DNA of 64,000 nucleotides from positions 20,398,001 through 20,462,000 of the forward strand of contig OX597817.1 in NCBI GenBank assembly GCA_951406725.2. Direction: 5' to 3'. Positions within the stretch are counted from its first letter, which is position 1. Each line of letters opens with the position of its first letter. Origin of the DNA: Octopus vulgaris. Its lineage: Eukaryota. Under the pieces are notes generated by a model. That model made no database searches, was not told where the DNA came from, and saw only the letters and a list, made by a program, of their open reading frames with translations. Position numbers and translations under genes: made by a program. This document shows, piece by piece, positions 58,400 through 64,000 of this stretch.

Positions 58400-59390
58400 A
58401 CTTCAAATATGAAATAAATTTGCGAAAGCAGTTATCTATTTTGTAATGTAGTATAGTTCTTTGTGCAACATCAGGTCGAGCATTGTCTTACAAGAGAATT
58501 GGCTTGTCTCTGTTGACCAATCACAGTTGTTTAATTGCAAATCCACTCATCATTTCATTTAATTGTTTAATGTACACATTCGCTGTCATTGCATTACCAG
58601 GTCCCATGAAGGTCTAAAGGATGACACCAGCGCTGGACCACAAAAAAAAAAAACACACAGTTAGCTTGTTTTGGTGAATATTCTTTCTTGGATTGTGTTT
58701 TGGCACTTCGACTCTACCCAGACACCGTGCAGAACACTTGCTATTGAGAAGATATTGTTGAGAAAATACAATACAAAAATATATCACTTTTATGTCTTGA
58801 CGGCAAAGAACAAGAAATTTCAAGACGACGTGCCATTCGATACTCGTTCGATTCATGTATTTCCTACTTGTGCAGCTTTTTCACTATGCTGATTTGTTTC
58901 AGATCGTCTATTACAATTGGAATCTAAACAGCAATCTTTGTTTCTAACACATCGGGTCTTTGACACGTATCCGATTCCACTACAGATTCCAACTCATTAT
59001 TATCGACATTGGTCTCAGGTCCACCACGGAGCTAATTTTCAGGAGTAGAGTCACTAGACTAGAATTTCTCAAACTATCGACTTACAGTGCGCTCATACGC
59101 TACACCTTCACCAAACATCACATTGATGTTTCGAGCTGTCTGGGATGCATTGGTTCCACGAGAGAACTCATTTTCATAAACAACACGATTTTTTTTAATC
59201 TATTCCTGTGTTTACTAAAACAGATGTATAAGAGAAAACTCAGAAGATTAACAGACACCATGAATTGCATTTCGAAACTGATGATGCAACTCTACAACGC
59301 TGTAAAACAAAGAATTGTCATGATATTGGACATAATGACTGTCAAACTTGGGGCATAAGTAAATCGGACATTTCATTCTTAATGACGTTA
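58400..59390 (-). mobile_element. Decayed mariner transposon
   Basis: RGGPETNVDNNELESVVESD..VKKL..PKHNPRKNIHQNKL..WSSAGVI; TIR-like sequence at ~59365-59390 next to (TA)n. Confidence 0.75.
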
Positions 59391-59541
59391 TATATATATA
59401 TATATATATATTTATATAGAGGGGGCATTATTACACATACATGCCACACGCTAAGAGGGACATTAGTCATTTCTACCAAAAAATTTTACTAATCATACCC
59501 AATGCAATTTTTTCAAAGCCAGACATTTAAAAAATGAATTT

Positions 59542-59603
59542 AGTCTTGTATCACCTGTGATTTCGTACTTACCGCAGTTGCGACCGTACTCATCAGCAAG
59601 ACT
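59542..59603 (-). ncRNA. Intact type I hammerhead ribozyme
   Basis: AGTCTTG-CTGATGA-GTAC(GGTCGCAACTGCGGTAA)GTAC-GAAA-TCAC(AG)GTGA-TA-CAAGACT: all core nucleotides present, 7-bp stem I, stems II and III paired, AUA triplet. Confidence 0.88.
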
Positions 59604-59846
59604 GATTCTGAACATGTCATAAATAAACGACCTCGCATCGTCAAAGCCGAACAGCTATCTGTTCGACTCCAGCGAAGCACATGGGGAAGTTTACATATAA
59701 TACATCCGGTAAATGGCAGGCTTCTTCGAATTGGATTTCGGATAAGAAAAGTTTTTTCGGAATAAAATTATTTAACAATTAAGGATAACCTCTTAATAAG
59801 GAATCTTAACAAGAAATTATCAGGTACATAGCGTGAAAAACCTCAT

Positions 59847-60063
59847 GACGCCACCCCACTGGCTAAGTGAGCAGACCAACAGAAGAAACAGTGGGAGAAA
59901 GAGTTGTGAACGAGTACAGCAGGGATCACCAGCCCCTGCCGGAGCCTCGTGGAGCTTTTAGGTGTTTTCGCTCAATAAACACTCACAACGCCCGGTCTGG
60001 GAATCGAAACCGTGATCCCGCGACAGCGAGTCCGCTGCCCTAACCACTGGGCCATTGCGCCTC

Positions 60064-60064
<1 letters not shown>
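59847..60064 (-). mobile_element. SINE with family B head and core but a different 3' segment
   Basis: ~59895-60064 matches 8230-8401; the remainder is unrelated to 8011-8215. Confidence 0.85.
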
Positions 60065-60118
<54 letters not shown>

Positions 60119-60689
60119 CTGTGTGTGTGCGTGTGTGTGTGTGCGTGTGTGTGTGTGTATGTGTGTGTGTGTGTGTGCGTGTATCTCTGTTATAAATTAG
60201 AGCAAACAGTAAACGGTTGTCATTATAGAAGTCAGAGTTCTGCTGTTATACATATTATTATTATTATTGTATATTGACATATATGTATGTACATATATGT
60301 GTATGTATGTATGTATATACGTATGTATATGTGCGTGTATATAAGTGTGTGCATATGTGTGTGCATCTGAGTGTGCGTATGTATCTATGTATATATGAGT
60401 GTATGAATGTAGCATTTATATATGTATGTGTATGTATACAGTTAAGTGTTTTTGTATGTGTCTGTGTATCTTTGTCATTAACAGGGCTTTAAAGAAACAT
60501 TTCATACCAAATTGTCAGCATCAACAAATTTCATTTCTTCATCCTTCATCTACCTAATTCTCCTTCCCCACTCCGATTTTGTGTATGCATATATGTGTGA
60601 ATATATGTCAATATACGCATGTACATGTGTGTTTCTGTTTATATGTGCGTGCATGTTGATGTTTCTCTGTATGTATGTTTGTAACTAAG

Positions 60690-61060
60690 CAATCCCTATT
60701 TCAGCAATGAATAACAATCTCTAAAATATCTCCTTGAAGACCGCTATTAAGCAAGAAATTCCTATCAAGACCTCTTTTGTAAATTAATAATATGTAATTA
60801 TACAATCGGAATAATTATCAGAAATGCCATTTCAATAAATTTTTTCCAGCATCATCATCACAGTACTGGAAAATGTACTGCAACAGCTTGTGCTTGAATA
60901 GCCCACGGCTCTTTAATATCCTTCAAAAATGCCTGAGATATCTGCATGTTGTGGAAGAATGTATCTTCAAAACAAAATTGGATGTAGATGTGTCTACCAC
61001 ATGACTGGAAACACAAATGAAAGCGGCAGCATCAAACTCCCACATTCACCAAATGCCACA
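60690..61060 (+). mobile_element. Decayed 3' end of a CR1-type LINE
   Basis: YCNSLCLNSPRLFNILQKCLRYL..FKTKLD..AAASNS. Confidence 0.65.
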
Positions 61061-61189
61061 TATCAGAGGAGTTTTCTAATAACGTAGCAATGCCAGCAGT
61101 GGTTGTTCCAACATGACTGCAGTTTAAAGCTAAAACAATTTAAAGAATTAAAGATAATATATAGAAAAAAATTTATTCCGTTTAGGTGT

Positions 61190-61429
61190 AATCAATAAAT
61201 AAGAAATATATGCGAGACGATCTTTTAATCTAAAATTCATAACAGATTCTACAAGTTATTTCCAAGCCCAATTAAGTCGAAAAGCAAATCGTAAATATAA
61301 TTATTTCGAAATCAAAATTAAGCTTTTGTTCAGGAATTCATTCTTCGAGTAAATAGGTTCGTTCGACCAGCAAATGTGCGTGTGTGTGTGTGTGAGTGTG
61401 TGTGTGTGTGTGTTTGTGTGTGTATATAC

Positions 61430-61482
<53 letters not shown>

Positions 61483-61505
61483 AGTATATATATATGTATA
61501 TATAA

Positions 61506-61545
<40 letters not shown>

Positions 61546-61550
61546 ATGAG

Positions 61551-61581
<31 letters not shown>

Positions 61582-61990
61582 ATGTGTGTGTTTGTATGTA
61601 TGTATATTAACCTTTAAATGCCCAGACAGAAGCAAAGTATTAAATTAAGATACAAGGAAATTACCCGAACGCTAGACCATTAAAAACCAGGAAAAATATA
61701 TATAAATCTAACTTCTTAATTAAAATAACAATTCACATTATATAAATATTTGATAATGACAATTGTCATAAACTTCTAAACTACGCATAAATTTATTGAA
61801 CCAAAAATCTACTAACTACTAAGAATAATAGAGTTAGCTAATTAAAAGATTTAAAAAGTAAAAGCCAATATATTATCCATTAAAACATAATAATTACCGT
61901 AATTCAAAGTTAATATGATGATTCCAAACGAAAATAAGAAGAAATTCGTTTATTTACTAATGGCTACCTTCAAGTGAATTAGATTAGGGT
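61190..61990 (+). mobile_element. Decayed Penelope-like RT fragment; left arm of a large inverted repeat, interrupted by a microsatellite at 61375-61605
   Basis: DDLLI..IFDNDN..LFTNGYL motifs; reverse-complement similarity to 63265-63850. Confidence 0.55.
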
Positions 61991-62660
61991 TTCTACTAGT
62001 CTTAGTAATTTTATCTGGAACCTTATAGATAATAAAACGTCCTTTATTGAATGGAATAGCTATGCGACGGCTCAGGCTTATAATATTGGTTATAGGTTCT
62101 TATCTCTTCGTTCTACGGAATAATTTTTGGTTTTATTTTCTAGCAGAAACCTGTTAAATTCTAAATTTGAAAGCGGTTCTTTTTTGTGTTCATAGGAATA
62201 AATGCATGTTTGAAAATTTTAAATAAAAAGTCTATTATGGGTGTTTTATATTGTTCTATTTTTAATTAACTAGGGTTTTGATTAACCGGTTATTGAGAGT
62301 CTTATAATCAATGTTTTACTCTTTGTAGTTATTTTTGAAATTGGTTCCTCTCTCATTCGCGTTTGATTTTGCTTTAGATTTTTGGTTTTCTAAGTTGCCA
62401 TTCTGTTTTGCTTTGGGTTTTATTAGTGAATTCCTCCCTATGTTAATTTTGGATTTGGATATTTATTCTAGTTTAGCAAAACAATATAAGTATTCTTTAG
62501 ATTATAAGTTCTAGATTTATTTCTTAATCCTATAATTTGAATAATTTACAGAGTAAAAGTTTTTAGAGGAACTTTATAACATTTTTTATGAAAGTTTTTA
62601 ATAAATTTATTACATATCTACATAATTATTTACATATATACATATATATATGTTTACATA

Positions 62661-62741
<81 letters not shown>

Positions 62742-62765
62742 ATATATATATATACGTTTTAAATC

Positions 62766-62797
<32 letters not shown>

Positions 62798-62941
62798 AAT
62801 ACATATAGATATCGGTTTATATTTGTTGATGGGAATGTATGTAAGTTTGTATATACATATCATTTTGCGTGTGCATGTATGAATATATATATATATGTAT
62901 ATATATATTTATATTTTTATATATATATATATATGTATATA

Positions 62942-63044
<103 letters not shown>

Positions 63045-63264
63045 ATTTATTTCTTAGTTTAGTTTAATTTGTATTTGTATATATTGTGTTTTATTTTAAT
63101 TAATAATATTTTCGAAAAAAATTGAATCTAATTTTAAATTTTAGGTATTTTTAGAGATTTAATGCAAGTTTATCTGATTATATGAGACGGAAGGAATTTT
63201 TACTTGCAATTATTTTAAATTCATATATTTATTTATTTATTTATTTAATTATTTATCTATAAGA

Positions 63265-63850
63265 AGCAAATCTACTCTGATTTACTTGTGGGCATCCATT
63301 TGTAAATAAATGAATTTCTTTTTATTTTCGATTGAAATCATATTATCATTAAATTGTAGTATTTATTATGTTTTTATTAAAACATATATTGGTTTAATTT
63401 TTTTAAAATTTTAATTAGGTAACTCTATTATTCTTAGTACTTACTATATTTTTGTTTCATTAAATTTATGTGTAGTTTAGATAGTAATGGCAATTGTCGT
63501 TATCAAATATCTATATAATGTGAATTGTTATTTTAATCAAGGCTGGGAGTTAGATTAATATTTTTTTTTCTGGTTTTGAATGATCAGGTGTTCGTGTAAT
63601 GTTCTTCCATCATGATTTAAGTGTTTCTTCCTGCCTGGGCGTTTGATCGAACCTATTCATTTCAATAATGGATTACTGAACAAAAGTCACATTCTGATTT
63701 CAAGAGTATTCTCTTTTCTAGTTTTGTTTTTGGAATTAGTTTGACTTGGAATCAAATTTTAGAATCTTCATTTGATTTGTATCAAATTTGGATTAAAAGA
63801 TCATCAACGCCTACATTTTGCCTTTCTTTATACGTTATTTAAAAGTGTAT
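63265..63850 (-). mobile_element. Decayed Penelope-like RT fragment; right arm of the inverted repeat
   Basis: VDDLLI..IFDNDN..LFTNGCP motifs; colinear with 61190-61990. Confidence 0.55.
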
Positions 63851-63949
63851 CTAAAGCCAGCTAGATGAGGTGTCTTCCTGGGGCTACAAACTACAGTAGC
63901 ATCCACTCTTAGGGGTTAGCCATATTTAAATGGCAAATGTACGTTATTA

Positions 63950-63998
<49 letters not shown>

Positions 63999-64000
63999 CT

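Overview
AT-rich eukaryotic intergenic or intronic DNA saturated with microsatellites ((AT)n, (AAT)n, (TATC)n, (GT)n, (GAA)n) and nested transposon relics. The SINE and LINE repertoire resembles that of octopus genomes (inference). No host protein-coding gene is firmly supported, and most ORFs in the supplied track are microsatellite translations. Contents: many R4/Dong-type RLE non-LTR retrotransposon relics inserted in (AAT)n, including a same-orientation train at 10.8-18.2 kb; RTE, CR1-type and Tx1/L1-type LINE fragments; three mariner relics; a solo LTR with a 5-bp TSD; several tRNA-derived SINE families; and Penelope-like element (PLE) remnants. The most notable signal is a set of type I hammerhead ribozyme motifs in several unrelated short non-coding elements with fold-back or partial-tandem architecture. 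These include one fully intact motif (59542-59603, minus), a ~500-bp retrozyme-like monomer (47.4-48.1 kb), and a tRNA-headed SINE-like element with a hammerhead in its tail, present as a head-to-head pair (32.9-33.6 kb). All family assignments come from manual motif reading, and boundaries of decayed elements are approximate.
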